Source of the DNA: a virus
Lineage: Duplodnaviria; Caudoviricetes
Length of the DNA: 64,000 nt
Direction: 5' to 3' (one strand)
Virus record (IMG/VR): IMGVR_UViG_3300014206_000010
Location: 1-64,000 of that record
In this document: positions 29,277 through 38,753 of the stretch, piece by piece
How the letters are laid out: the number at the start of each line of letters is the position of its first letter
How positions within the stretch are numbered: position 1 is the stretch's first letter
Program-made: the position numbers and the translations under genes
The notes under the pieces: model-generated
The model's database searches: none
The model's input: the letters and a program-made list of their open reading frames with translations, nothing else
What the model was told of the DNA's origin: nothing

Positions 29277-29933
29277 TTAATTGTTAATGGAATAAATTTC
29301 TTCTGGTAATTTTTTCTTTATATATCCTTGTTCGTAAAATTGTAACCCCGATTGCGAACGATAGAATTTAGAAGCAAGTTTCCATTTTATTTCATGAAAT
29401 TCTTCAACTGGAACAGAACATTTTAAAATGTATTTCTGTTTTTGTTTTTCTACTTGAACTTGAGAACGTCTTTTATAAGAGTGCGGAAATTCTCTATAAT
29501 AAAGAAGGTCAGAATAATGTTTTTCTAATATGTCTTTTATAAAGAAATGAAAAGGATGTCCAATTCCCCAAGGAGCCACAACTGAATATCCCTTATTATT
29601 TTTTAAAAATTTATTAATCCATTTAACAACTCCAAGTTCTATTTCGTTTAATTTTTCTTTCCCGAAATATTTGTTAAGATGTTCATATGTTGCTTCATGT
29701 GTTACTTCTTTATAATTCTTATGAAATTCATAGTAACTTTCATCGTGAAAATTTAAATTCAAATGATGAAAAGAAATATTCAAAAAATTATATAATTTTT
29801 CGTCTTCTAATATACGTTTTGAATCATTCTCTACAGTAAGAATCTGAACTTCGTATTTTGACGAAAATAAAAAATGGGAACAACTAAATAATGCGTCATC
29901 GCTATGAGGCTGCACAATTAACAATTTTTTCAT
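29277..29933 (-). CDS. PIG-L/LmbE-family deacetylase
   Basis: 'VQPHSDDALFS' (HxDD), 'GHPFH', 'YRSQ'. Confidence 0.8.
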   Translation of the reverse strand: MKKLLIVQPHSDDALFSCSHFLFSSKYEVQILTVENDSKRILEDEKLYNFLNISFHHLNLNFHDESYYEFHKNYKEVTHEATYEHLNKYFGKEKLNEIELGVVKWINKFLKNNKGYSVVAPWGIGHPFHFFIKDILEKHYSDLLYYREFPHSYKRRSQVQVEKQKQKYILKCSVPVEEFHEIKWKLASKFYRSQSGLQFYEQGYIKKKLPEEIYSINN

Positions 29934-29939
29934 TACAAT

Positions 29940-30869
29940 TTATTTATTGACTTTTATGTTTAACTTTATATTCTTTAACTTTGGATTAGCACTTATTTTC
30001 TTAATAGGAATTGTAAACGCTCTTAATTCTGAATTCCAAGCAAAATTAGGTTTTTTATTATTTATGGTACAACGACAATATGGATGAATTGGTGAAATAG
30101 TAGGCAACCATTCTTTTACCTTTCTTCCAATATTATTTCCATTTGCTATAATATCAGATAATTTAAAAACAATAGGTTCACTATCTGGGTTTTCTGGGTC
30201 AGTCAAATAAAGTTCTTTACATCTTTGACATGCACCAGGATAGACATCAAACCAAACTTCAGCTTTGCTACCATATTGTTTTAATATACTTTGAGCTCTT
30301 CCTGAATTATATGCTTCATGCGTAAGATAATAAGCTATTCTCAACCAGTCAACTTCCCAATCTTTTGAAGTTTCAGCAAGGTCTGCTGCAAGTCCTCTTG
30401 CTCCAAGTCTCAATTCAACAGATTTTATAGTTTTTTCTTTAATCATCTTTTGAACTAACAGTGATTGTTGATTGTTATTTAAAACAACATTACTTAATCC
30501 TGTTCTCATTCTACTACCTAAATTGGTAATATCAGTATATGCTCTTTGCTTAACGGTTTGTAAAGCAAATTCTTCTTCTTCAGTTAATGGTATAAAATTA
30601 CCTGAAGATAAAAATCTTTGAAATTGAGCATATGTCATTTTTTTAGCTCTTGCATCTCCAATAGCTTCTGCTAATATTCCAAACAAAAAAGCATGTTCAA
30701 TAATACCTTTTTTATTCTTGTATTTATTCAAATCAATGCCAATGGCTAATAATATATCTTTATCACTTTGAGAAAGAAAATCCAATCCCAATTGACCAGC
30801 TACAAATACTAACTCATATCTTTTGAGTATTGATAGCATATCTTGAATTTGACCTTGGTTAAAAATCAT
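29940..30869 (-). CDS. Mu gpF-like minor head protein
   Basis: 'GACQRC', 'PIHPYCRC'. Confidence 0.75.
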   Translation of the reverse strand: MIFNQGQIQDMLSILKRYELVFVAGQLGLDFLSQSDKDILLAIGIDLNKYKNKKGIIEHAFLFGILAEAIGDARAKKMTYAQFQRFLSSGNFIPLTEEEEFALQTVKQRAYTDITNLGSRMRTGLSNVVLNNNQQSLLVQKMIKEKTIKSVELRLGARGLAADLAETSKDWEVDWLRIAYYLTHEAYNSGRAQSILKQYGSKAEVWFDVYPGACQRCKELYLTDPENPDSEPIVFKLSDIIANGNNIGRKVKEWLPTISPIHPYCRCTINNKKPNFAWNSELRAFTIPIKKISANPKLKNIKLNIKVNK

Positions 30870-31057
30870 TTCTTTTCCTCCTTCTTTTCATTATCTTTAA
30901 TAACAGAAGCAGTTTCTTTAGCTAAATATTTTAAGACTTCTGTAACCGCTCCAGCTGTATTATTATTCCATTCTTTTACAAAAGTATTTTCATACTCAGT
31001 AACAACTGAAAAAGGAGAAGGAATGGAATGATTATCTTTCGTTTGTTTTTTTGACAT
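30866..31057 (-). CDS. Hypothetical protein (63 aa)
   Basis: Coupled to the MuF gene. Confidence 0.5.
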   Translation of the reverse strand: MSKKQTKDNHSIPSPFSVVTEYENTFVKEWNNNTAGAVTEVLKYLAKETASVIKDNEKKEEKK

Positions 31058-31061
31058 ACTG

Positions 31062-31634
31062 TTAAAATTTTATTCCCGCATCAATTGTATATCCAAATTT
31101 ATCTTCAATTCTTATTCCGGAAACTCCAATCATGAATTTTTGTTTTATATCTACTCCGAATTGAATCTTATTAATTCTTAAGTCAATTGAATTACCTATT
31201 ATACCATAAAATTGTATCGTAGGAACTTTGTAAATAATTTGTTTTTCATAAACCGTGCGTATATTAGGTTTAATGAGAGAAGTGGCAGTAATGAGTTTGT
31301 TTTGACTTACAACGGCATCAACTTTGAATGTTCCTGAACTATCATTAGAAAAATCTAAATTATATTTCCTTTGTAAATAATAATCCTTCCAAATGGCAAA
31401 TAATTTGGCTGTATCGGTGGGCATAAAAACGAGAATTGAATCAGGAACTTTTACTTCATAAGGTTCCAGAACTTTTATTGTATCTCTAATTGTGTCACCT
31501 TTTTCCCATTTAACAACAATTTCAGTTTTAGATTTAGGAGTCTCAACGCTTGATCTTCCTAATAAATATCCTATGAAAATAGCAATTAAAACTACGATTA
31601 TTCCTCCAACTGATATTGTTATTTTATTGTCCAT
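31062..31634 (-). CDS. Putative spanin-like membrane protein
   Basis: N-terminal TM anchor followed by periplasmic domain; next to holin-like gene. Confidence 0.45.
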   Translation of the reverse strand: MDNKITISVGGIIVVLIAIFIGYLLGRSSVETPKSKTEIVVKWEKGDTIRDTIKVLEPYEVKVPDSILVFMPTDTAKLFAIWKDYYLQRKYNLDFSNDSSGTFKVDAVVSQNKLITATSLIKPNIRTVYEKQIIYKVPTIQFYGIIGNSIDLRINKIQFGVDIKQKFMIGVSGIRIEDKFGYTIDAGIKF

Positions 31635-32121
31635 ATGATTTTGAATTTAATTTTTGATCATAATTTTCTATCATATCTTCCAATTGAGATATTTTTTGTT
31701 TATATTCTTTTTCTCTTTTTTGACTTTCTTCTTCAAGACTATGATATTGTTCAAGCAATTGTCCATATTTTTGTTTTTCAAGTTCACGCTGTTTTTCGTA
31801 ATCAGTTCTCATTTCATTTAACTCTGACCTAAAAGAGACTATGATTTCATTACTTAATTTACGTTCATTTTGATATTCAGAATACAAAGTATCATATCTT
31901 GCTTTCCACCAAGTGTCTTTGTCTTGAACTTCATTATTTAAAACATCATATCTTTTTTTCCAAAATTCGTCGCCTTTCATATCAGCTTCTGCTGAAGCGT
32001 CACGAACTTCTTGTTCATATTTTCTTCTGTCTAATATCCTTGATATAAAAGCAAACCCTACACCTCCAGTACCAAATAATAAAGATATAATAGCAAAAGC
32101 ATTTTCAGATAACCATTCCAT
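31624..32121 (-). CDS. Putative holin-like protein (1 TM plus coiled coil)
   Basis: N-terminal Gly-rich TM 'AIISLLFGTGGVGFAFI' followed by coiled coil. Confidence 0.5.
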   Translation of the reverse strand: MEWLSENAFAIISLLFGTGGVGFAFISRILDRRKYEQEVRDASAEADMKGDEFWKKRYDVLNNEVQDKDTWWKARYDTLYSEYQNERKLSNEIIVSFRSELNEMRTDYEKQRELEKQKYGQLLEQYHSLEEESQKREKEYKQKISQLEDMIENYDQKLNSKSYGQ

Positions 32122-32128
32122 CTTAAAA

Positions 32129-32686
32129 TTATTTTTGTTTATTTATTTTAATCTTAGCCAATTTAACTCTTTTGAGATAATTATCTGCATTATAATTTGA
32201 ACGCAAATAACGAACTATTTCATCAGCAAATAATTTAACTATTTTATCAAATGCAATTGAATAATTTTCCCAATCTGAATAATTATTTAAAGTACAAAGA
32301 TAAAATATTGCTTTAGTTGGAGAACTTATTTGATTAAAAAATTTATACCATTCTTTATTTTCTGAATTAACGAATTCAAAATCTCTCCAACGAATAGTAG
32401 GAGTTAAAACGTCTAAATTATTTGATAAATTATAAGTAAAATATCTTCCAATAAAAGAACAATTTTTACTTAAAGTTAATCCATATCCTTGTTTATCATC
32501 TCTATAAAAATCAAATGCAAATGCTATACCATATGTTTTATGTTTACGAAAACAATTAAATAAATCATATGCATAATCTACAACAACTTCAACTTTATGA
32601 TTTCTTAATTCAGCAGCAAGTGCTTTCTTAAAAATTTTAGAAGGTTTGTCAAATCGTTTAGATGTCAAATAAACTACTTTACACAT
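32129..32686 (-). CDS. Hypothetical protein, possibly degenerate Amidase_3 fold
   Basis: Spacing resembles Amidase_3 but Zn-ligand His/Glu are not evident. Confidence 0.35.
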   Translation of the reverse strand: MCKVVYLTSKRFDKPSKIFKKALAAELRNHKVEVVVDYAYDLFNCFRKHKTYGIAFAFDFYRDDKQGYGLTLSKNCSFIGRYFTYNLSNNLDVLTPTIRWRDFEFVNSENKEWYKFFNQISSPTKAIFYLCTLNNYSDWENYSIAFDKIVKLFADEIVRYLRSNYNADNYLKRVKLAKIKINKQK

Positions 32687-32691
32687 AACAA

Positions 32692-34389
32692 TTAGCTTTG
32701 AGTTGTAACAGGTGTCACAGAAACCTGAAATATAATATGTTGTTGTGTTCCAGCAGTTAATACAGATTGTAACATATTTACACTTATATAATTCATATAT
32801 TTAAGAGAAATATAAATTGTTGATTCTTGAGTCTTATAATTATATATATCGACTGTAATAACACATTTAAAATATCTATTCCCTGCATTATAAAGACTTG
32901 TATAAGTAGCTTTAGGAATTGAAAATATCATCTGAAGTGTCGCAGCTCCTTCAGTATAATGAACCAATCCTCCTGCATTACTATAAAGATTCGTATCATT
33001 AGAAATTACAGGGACTACAGGAATAAAAGATAATATCTTTGGAAAGTCTGAATTATAAAAAAGTCTTATTCTATATGGACTATAAGGATATGCATCATCA
33101 TTGGTAAAATATTCTACATCATCTCCTTGTACAATAACTCCTCCCAATCCTCCTCCTGTGAAATCAAATGAAGTTGTTAAATCAATTCTAAACAAATCAG
33201 TAGGTAATACTCCTTTTTTATCTATTTTCGAAAAATTAATTATTCCATCATTTAATTGTTCTCCTGATATATTATTAACCCAATAAACTAATTTAGCTAA
33301 TGCTGTTTTAACACTATCTGTTGATGTTACCACTGGATATTCTGTCATAGAAGGAGGAAAAGTTTCTGAAGAAACTGCTATATTGTCTGAATTTTCATGT
33401 AAATCAGCATATTTCTTTAATTTAGATATTGCACTTTCAACAGTATCATTATTATTGACAGGTGTCTTAGTAGCACTTGTTGAAAAATTACTACTTATAT
33501 TAATTCCAGTTGCCCATTTAAATTGATTAATCCATCTTTGAATTTTTGAAATTATAGTAAATAAAGAATCTCCTTTTGAAGTATCTACAGTAGCTCCTCC
33601 TGTTACTAAATCATTTGGTAAAATTTTATTATAAATAGTAGTAGGAGTAGTAGCATCTGATATAGCTGTATTAGCATTTGATATAATAGTTTGATTTTCT
33701 TTTCCTACATTATTTATGGAAGTTGATAACGCTTTTTGATCTTTATCGTATGTGTCTTTAGCAACAACACCTCCTGATTTATCAAGGACATTTTTTATAG
33801 CATCACTAAAATTAAAGAAAAATCCTCCATTCCAAGTAATTGAATTTCCAGTTACTTTTGAAAGAAAAGAAGAAAGTTTATATTTAACAAGACTCCAAAT
33901 ATTATTTCTTTTTACTTTTCCTAAAATATAATCATCAGCAGTATAATCAGGACTTTGTTCATTAAATTGAAATACAAGTTTTTTATTAACTGCATCAAAA
34001 ACACCTGATACATCATCAATTAAAAGATTTGATGAAGTTACATGATATTGTATATTACTTCCAAGGTCATCAATTAAAAGATTACCTAAAGAATCAGTGT
34101 ATTGCACTTTAGTTGATGTAATAGCTAAAGCAAAAGCATTTGCTTTATCTGAAATCTTAAACCAAGCTCCTACTGATAAACCTACGCTTGTTGCTATATT
34201 AACAAGTTCTGAATAAGTTGTGGTTGATATTGTATTTTTATCTAAAACAACCCATTGACTTAAATTTATATCATAAACCTTATGAACCATTTGACTTGGT
34301 GTATTATCATACCAAATCAATATTGTATTATCTGGAGGAGTACTTCCTATATAAACTCCAGAAACTTGTCCTAAATTTTTTGTTGCCAT
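32692..34389 (-). CDS. Fibre-like virion protein
   Basis: Three D(S/T)xxxAIxK(L/I)-type shaft repeats; N-terminal 'GSTPPDNTILIWYD'. Confidence 0.55.
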   Translation of the reverse strand: MATKNLGQVSGVYIGSTPPDNTILIWYDNTPSQMVHKVYDINLSQWVVLDKNTISTTTYSELVNIATSVGLSVGAWFKISDKANAFALAITSTKVQYTDSLGNLLIDDLGSNIQYHVTSSNLLIDDVSGVFDAVNKKLVFQFNEQSPDYTADDYILGKVKRNNIWSLVKYKLSSFLSKVTGNSITWNGGFFFNFSDAIKNVLDKSGGVVAKDTYDKDQKALSTSINNVGKENQTIISNANTAISDATTPTTIYNKILPNDLVTGGATVDTSKGDSLFTIISKIQRWINQFKWATGINISSNFSTSATKTPVNNNDTVESAISKLKKYADLHENSDNIAVSSETFPPSMTEYPVVTSTDSVKTALAKLVYWVNNISGEQLNDGIINFSKIDKKGVLPTDLFRIDLTTSFDFTGGGLGGVIVQGDDVEYFTNDDAYPYSPYRIRLFYNSDFPKILSFIPVVPVISNDTNLYSNAGGLVHYTEGAATLQMIFSIPKATYTSLYNAGNRYFKCVITVDIYNYKTQESTIYISLKYMNYISVNMLQSVLTAGTQQHIIFQVSVTPVTTQS

Positions 34390-34390
34390 A

Positions 34391-36163
34391 TTATATTCCT
34401 TCTTGCTTTAAAAAATTATCAAATGCTTTTACAATTAAATTTTCTGTTTTTTCTCCTTTAGTAGTTTCTTCTCCTTTAGTAGTTTCTTCTTCTTCATTTT
34501 CTTCTGAATATAAATCAAAAGGATTAGATTGTTTTTTGTCATCCTTCTTAGTTGTTTTTAAATTACCGTTTTCAACTGAATTTTGTTGAGGCATTAAATT
34601 ATTATTTTCAATTGAATTTTGTTGAGGCATTAAATTATTATTTTCAATTGAATTTTGTTGAGGCATTGATTGAATATTTCTACTTTGAACAAAAGTAGCA
34701 TTATTAGGAGAATCTCCTCCTTCTAATGGTTTCATTTCATATTTCTCTCTTGCTTCATTAACAGTCATAAAACTATTAACTTTATCAATATCCATCTTTA
34801 ATTCTTCATCAATAGTCAAACCGTTTAATCCCATGAACGAAAGTTCAAAATCAGGATTTATTTGTTCAACGATATATTTATTTATTTTTCTTTGAATAAA
34901 TTTAAGAAGAGGATACAAACCTTTATCTTTTGAATGCTGCAATCTTTGTTCTTGACTTCCTTCAAACATTCCTCCACCTCCTGAAGAACGACTAATATCC
35001 CAACCTATTTCAGTTGGGTCAATTGAATAAACAGCAGAAGAAAGTTTTATCAAATATTCCATCCAGGAACTATATTCCATGTCACGATTGTTTTTCTGAA
35101 GGTCAATCCAATCTACATCCGCTTCTACAACAGGAGTTTTCCATGATTGCATTACACCCGAAATCATCGATTGCCATTGTTGTTTAAATTGTTGCAAAGC
35201 CGCTTCGTTGTTTGTTCCTTTAATTCTTAATAACCCTTTTGGAGCCGAACCTTGACTGAAAAAACGTCTATTATATTCATCTCCCCAAAGCATTGAAGTA
35301 ACTACATTAATAAGTTCTTCAAGTTCTGAACAACCATAACCATTTGACCAAATAGAAGTAGAAGGATTGCGAATACCAAAACATAATTCCCAAGGATAGA
35401 ATTCATTGACTTTCACGTTTTGATATACTTGTACAAATGAAGGATAATAACCGTGAATCTTTGGACCAAATTCATTTCTGTCTTGCCAAACATTTGAACC
35501 CTGTCTTTGAAAAAATACATTATTGTAATCTTTGTCAAAAAAGGAATCAGCCATTCTGAAAGTAGAAGCGTCGGTTGCCATAAAAGATTCAAGATTTCCC
35601 CTTCTATTTCGAATACACTCAAAGGTCATTTGGTCATATACTAAAGAATCATCTACTATTTTACGAATAAAAGTATCAAAGTCATCATGTTCCCATTGAC
35701 TAACATTTCCCCCCTTTAATATAAAATCTGTGATAGCAAAGGCAATCTTTTTGTCTTTGTCAGTCATCTTTTGTTCAATTCCACCTTTTGGTTTTTTTCT
35801 TATCACAAAACCAGTAGAATATTTATTTTCTTGAGGCTCAGCAAAATCTGCTACTTGATTTTTTCTTGTTTTTATAATAGAATTGATGATAGGAGCTTTC
35901 GACATTCGCTTTAATGTTGTGTAAGACAAAGCAAACGGCTTATCTTTATAACCCAGATTAGCATTAAATTCTAATGGATCAATAAAAAATGCTTTAGGAT
36001 TTTGTTCAACTTTATTTTGAATGGTATTAAATACCTGATTAGCTTTAACCATATCATCGGGTGAATCTGAACGCAAAGCTTTTTCAAGCGTTCTAAATTT
36101 CTTTGCTTTCAGTTTAACTTCAGCAAGTCCTATTGCATCTAATTGTTGAGATAAATTACTCAT
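34391..36163 (-). CDS. Portal protein
   Basis: 'IINSIIKTRKNQV', 'DSLVYDQ', 'GYGCSELE', 'FFSQGSAPKG', 'VYSIDPTEIG', 'SKDKGLYPLL'. Confidence 0.92.
   Translation of the reverse strand: MSNLSQQLDAIGLAEVKLKAKKFRTLEKALRSDSPDDMVKANQVFNTIQNKVEQNPKAFFIDPLEFNANLGYKDKPFALSYTTLKRMSKAPIINSIIKTRKNQVADFAEPQENKYSTGFVIRKKPKGGIEQKMTDKDKKIAFAITDFILKGGNVSQWEHDDFDTFIRKIVDDSLVYDQMTFECIRNRRGNLESFMATDASTFRMADSFFDKDYNNVFFQRQGSNVWQDRNEFGPKIHGYYPSFVQVYQNVKVNEFYPWELCFGIRNPSTSIWSNGYGCSELEELINVVTSMLWGDEYNRRFFSQGSAPKGLLRIKGTNNEAALQQFKQQWQSMISGVMQSWKTPVVEADVDWIDLQKNNRDMEYSSWMEYLIKLSSAVYSIDPTEIGWDISRSSGGGGMFEGSQEQRLQHSKDKGLYPLLKFIQRKINKYIVEQINPDFELSFMGLNGLTIDEELKMDIDKVNSFMTVNEAREKYEMKPLEGGDSPNNATFVQSRNIQSMPQQNSIENNNLMPQQNSIENNNLMPQQNSVENGNLKTTKKDDKKQSNPFDLYSEENEEEETTKGEETTKGEKTENLIVKAFDNFLKQEGI
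34570..34670 (-). repeat. About 3 x 36-nt coding tandem repeat in the portal C-terminus
   Basis: MPQQNSIENNNL repeated in the translation; a separate 18-nt x2 repeat (EETTKG) at ~34450-34490. Confidence 0.85.
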
Positions 36164-36202
36164 ATTATAATCGGATTTTACTTTAAAATATTCTATAACT
36201 GT

Positions 36203-36240
36203 AAAAAAATAAAAGGAGAATCAAAAAAGACTCTCCTTTT
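36203..36240 (-). terminator. Terminator upstream of portal
   Basis: AAAAGGAG/CTCCTTTT stem plus T-run. Confidence 0.7.
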
Positions 36241-36278
36241 ACCAAAATAATATTTTATTTATTATTATAATATTGTTA

Positions 36279-36611
36279 CTATTTATAACTGCTTAATTTA
36301 TTTTCTAATTTTCGAGTAATGAAACTATCAAAAATAATATACTTCATACCTAACATATTATAAATTATTATTGCTTCATCAAGATATTCATAAAGAACTG
36401 AATTATCATCAAAAGATGTTATTTCCCAGCCTTCTCCATGTTCTATGTCTTCACATAATTTATCAAAAGCATCTATTAATATAGCATCATCCATTATAGA
36501 TTTTGAAAAATATTTCATATCCTTAACAGATGTATCAAGTTCAGATGCTATTAATTGTAAATTGACATCTAATGGTTCTGGAAGACTTGTTATTTTCTTC
36601 GATATTGTCAT
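36279..36611 (-). CDS. Hypothetical protein
   Basis: ATGA overlap with the methyltransferase gene. Confidence 0.55.
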   Translation of the reverse strand: MTISKKITSLPEPLDVNLQLIASELDTSVKDMKYFSKSIMDDAILIDAFDKLCEDIEHGEGWEITSFDDNSVLYEYLDEAIIIYNMLGMKYIIFDSFITRKLENKLSSYK

Positions 36612-37636
36612 TTTATTTTATTTACAAGAAATACCAAATTCCAATTTTGTTTCATATCACGTTCCATCTCTTGAACATCAAATCCATATTTCTTAAGATG
36701 TTTACGAAGAATTTTGAAATGTGTAAAATCAGTCTTTAAATCCATATTCATATCAAAGTTGTATTCAAAAATAATTTGATCAACATTACCAAAATCTGTA
36801 CAACTTGTAAGAACTTCCCATTCAGAACCTTCAATATCAACCTTCATTTTAGTAGGTTTATATTTTTCCATAATTTCGTTGATATTCATACATTCAACAG
36901 GAACTCTTTTTCGATTATGTTTTACAAGAAATGAATAATAATACGGTGCTTTTCCTAAATAAAAGTCACGTACTTTATCATCATTACCAACTACTGCCTT
37001 ATTGTAAGCAATTACATTTTTTGCTCCATTATCTTCTATATTAATAGATAGAAATTCAAAGTTCACTGCTTCAGGTTCAAATACAATAATTTTTTTAACT
37101 TTATCAAAGGCATCACAAGTGAAAGCTCCAATGTTACCACCTAAATCTAAAACAACATCATTCTTAGTAAGTATCAAACCTCCTAAACCTACTGAACGAC
37201 GAATGTATTCACTGCCTTTGAAAACAGAATCAACTATATGTTTTTCAGTTGGTAGGTTTGAACGCCATTTTAAAGTTTTACCATCTTTTTTAGCAACGTC
37301 CAAAGTGAAATCTGATTGAACTTCTCTGAATTCAGATAATCTTTTAATTTGAGATATAACTTTTGTTATATTACAAAAATGAATGAAATCGTTAATTGAA
37401 ACATTACTTAATAAAGGTGTTTTGTCTAAATTCAAATCAAACCCTTTTATTCGTTTTCTCAATTTTTCTTTTTCTTCATCTTCTTTTACGATGTTAATAG
37501 AAACGTCAAGTATTTCTCCTTTTTTTTCTCTGATACTAAATGCAAGTAAATTTTCAATTAGAACTTGAGTTGTAGTTTTCTTTTCTACAATTTCAAATCC
37601 CTTACTTACAAAAAACTTTTCCAATTTTTTATTCAT
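36608..37636 (-). CDS. FkbM-family SAM-dependent methyltransferase
   Basis: 'VLDLGGNIGAF', 'FEPEAVNF', 'MKVDIEGSE'. Confidence 0.85.
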   Translation of the reverse strand: MNKKLEKFFVSKGFEIVEKKTTTQVLIENLLAFSIREKKGEILDVSINIVKEDEEKEKLRKRIKGFDLNLDKTPLLSNVSINDFIHFCNITKVISQIKRLSEFREVQSDFTLDVAKKDGKTLKWRSNLPTEKHIVDSVFKGSEYIRRSVGLGGLILTKNDVVLDLGGNIGAFTCDAFDKVKKIIVFEPEAVNFEFLSINIEDNGAKNVIAYNKAVVGNDDKVRDFYLGKAPYYYSFLVKHNRKRVPVECMNINEIMEKYKPTKMKVDIEGSEWEVLTSCTDFGNVDQIIFEYNFDMNMDLKTDFTHFKILRKHLKKYGFDVQEMERDMKQNWNLVFLVNKIK

Positions 37637-38751
37637 TACTTCTTTTTTATAATTGTTTTACTTTTAGGAATAAATTTTGAGCGTTGTTTTCCCGAACCGA
37701 TAATTATTTTCCAATATTTTTGAAATTCACATAACCACATTTCAATTTGATGAAGAGAAATGTTATGAAAATCATTAACATAATATTCTCCTTCTTCTTT
37801 ATCCCAATATAAATATTGAAAGCGTTCACCTTTTTCTTTTCCTATTTTTCCTAACCATTTTGGTGCTTCATCTCTCAACCAATAAATAGCTTGTTTTTGT
37901 TCTTTAATAGTTTTAAGATTTGGATAAATAAGACGTATGCCAATAGAAGCTCCAGGACCAACGTTTGTAAAATCATTTTGATCAAATTTCATAAATTTTC
38001 TATTCGTATATCTCGGAATATAAGTGAAGTCTTGATAAAACTCATGAGCAATAAAGTCTGCAACAGCAGGGAACGTTTTTAAATATTTAATGATAACTTC
38101 TGGGTTCTTAGCAGTAATTACCTTAGCAATGAGCTTATCTATATTTTTATGTAGATAAGGAATAACTACTTTTGTATAACAATAATCTCTTGATTGATTA
38201 GGAGCAGCCCTTGAATTTATTAAATAAGCTGTTGTGTAAGGATTTTGTCCTGAAATACGAACTCCTGCTATAAATCTTGAAAATTCTTCTTCATCATATT
38301 CTTCCCAATTAGGAATACCATTGCGCCATTTAGTTGCTGATATTAGTTTTCCTTTAGCTTTAACTTGTTTTAATCCTGATTTAATAGGTACTTCAAATAA
38401 ATTTGGTTGAAATGTTTTTCCCTTAGAATCAAAAGTAAAAGTTTCAGGATTGTTAAAGAAACGAAAAACCATTAATTTCCAAATCAAATTCTTAAGAGAA
38501 AGACCTTCATCAAGAAGAATATTTTTTATTTCCCATTGGCTGTTACGATCAAGTTCTCTATAAACATTTGTAAATTTTGATTCTTGAAAAATTTTATTTT
38601 TTGTCCAAGGTCTTTCTTTTTTGTCAATAAATCTTCTTTTCCAAATCATTTGTCGTTCATACATTGTCTCAAAGAAAAGACGTAAATGAGGTTCGCATAC
38701 CTCTAAATCTTCACTTGGAAGTTTATTACACCATGATGCCCATTCAAACAT
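37636..38751 (-). CDS. aGPT-Pplase1 / amino-acid:DNA transferase-like (HhH-fold) DNA base-modification enzyme
   Basis: 'FTNVYRELDR', 'FRFFNNPET', 'FIAHEFYQD', 'GPGASIG', 'IEMWLCEFQKY'. Confidence 0.7.
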   Translation of the reverse strand: MFEWASWCNKLPSEDLEVCEPHLRLFFETMYERQMIWKRRFIDKKERPWTKNKIFQESKFTNVYRELDRNSQWEIKNILLDEGLSLKNLIWKLMVFRFFNNPETFTFDSKGKTFQPNLFEVPIKSGLKQVKAKGKLISATKWRNGIPNWEEYDEEEFSRFIAGVRISGQNPYTTAYLINSRAAPNQSRDYCYTKVVIPYLHKNIDKLIAKVITAKNPEVIIKYLKTFPAVADFIAHEFYQDFTYIPRYTNRKFMKFDQNDFTNVGPGASIGIRLIYPNLKTIKEQKQAIYWLRDEAPKWLGKIGKEKGERFQYLYWDKEEGEYYVNDFHNISLHQIEMWLCEFQKYWKIIIGSGKQRSKFIPKSKTIIKKK

Positions 38752-38753
38752 GT

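Noticed and set aside
32692-34389. Diversity-generating retroelement targeting the fibre gene
   Set aside because: No reverse transcriptase and no template/variable repeat pair seen in the window
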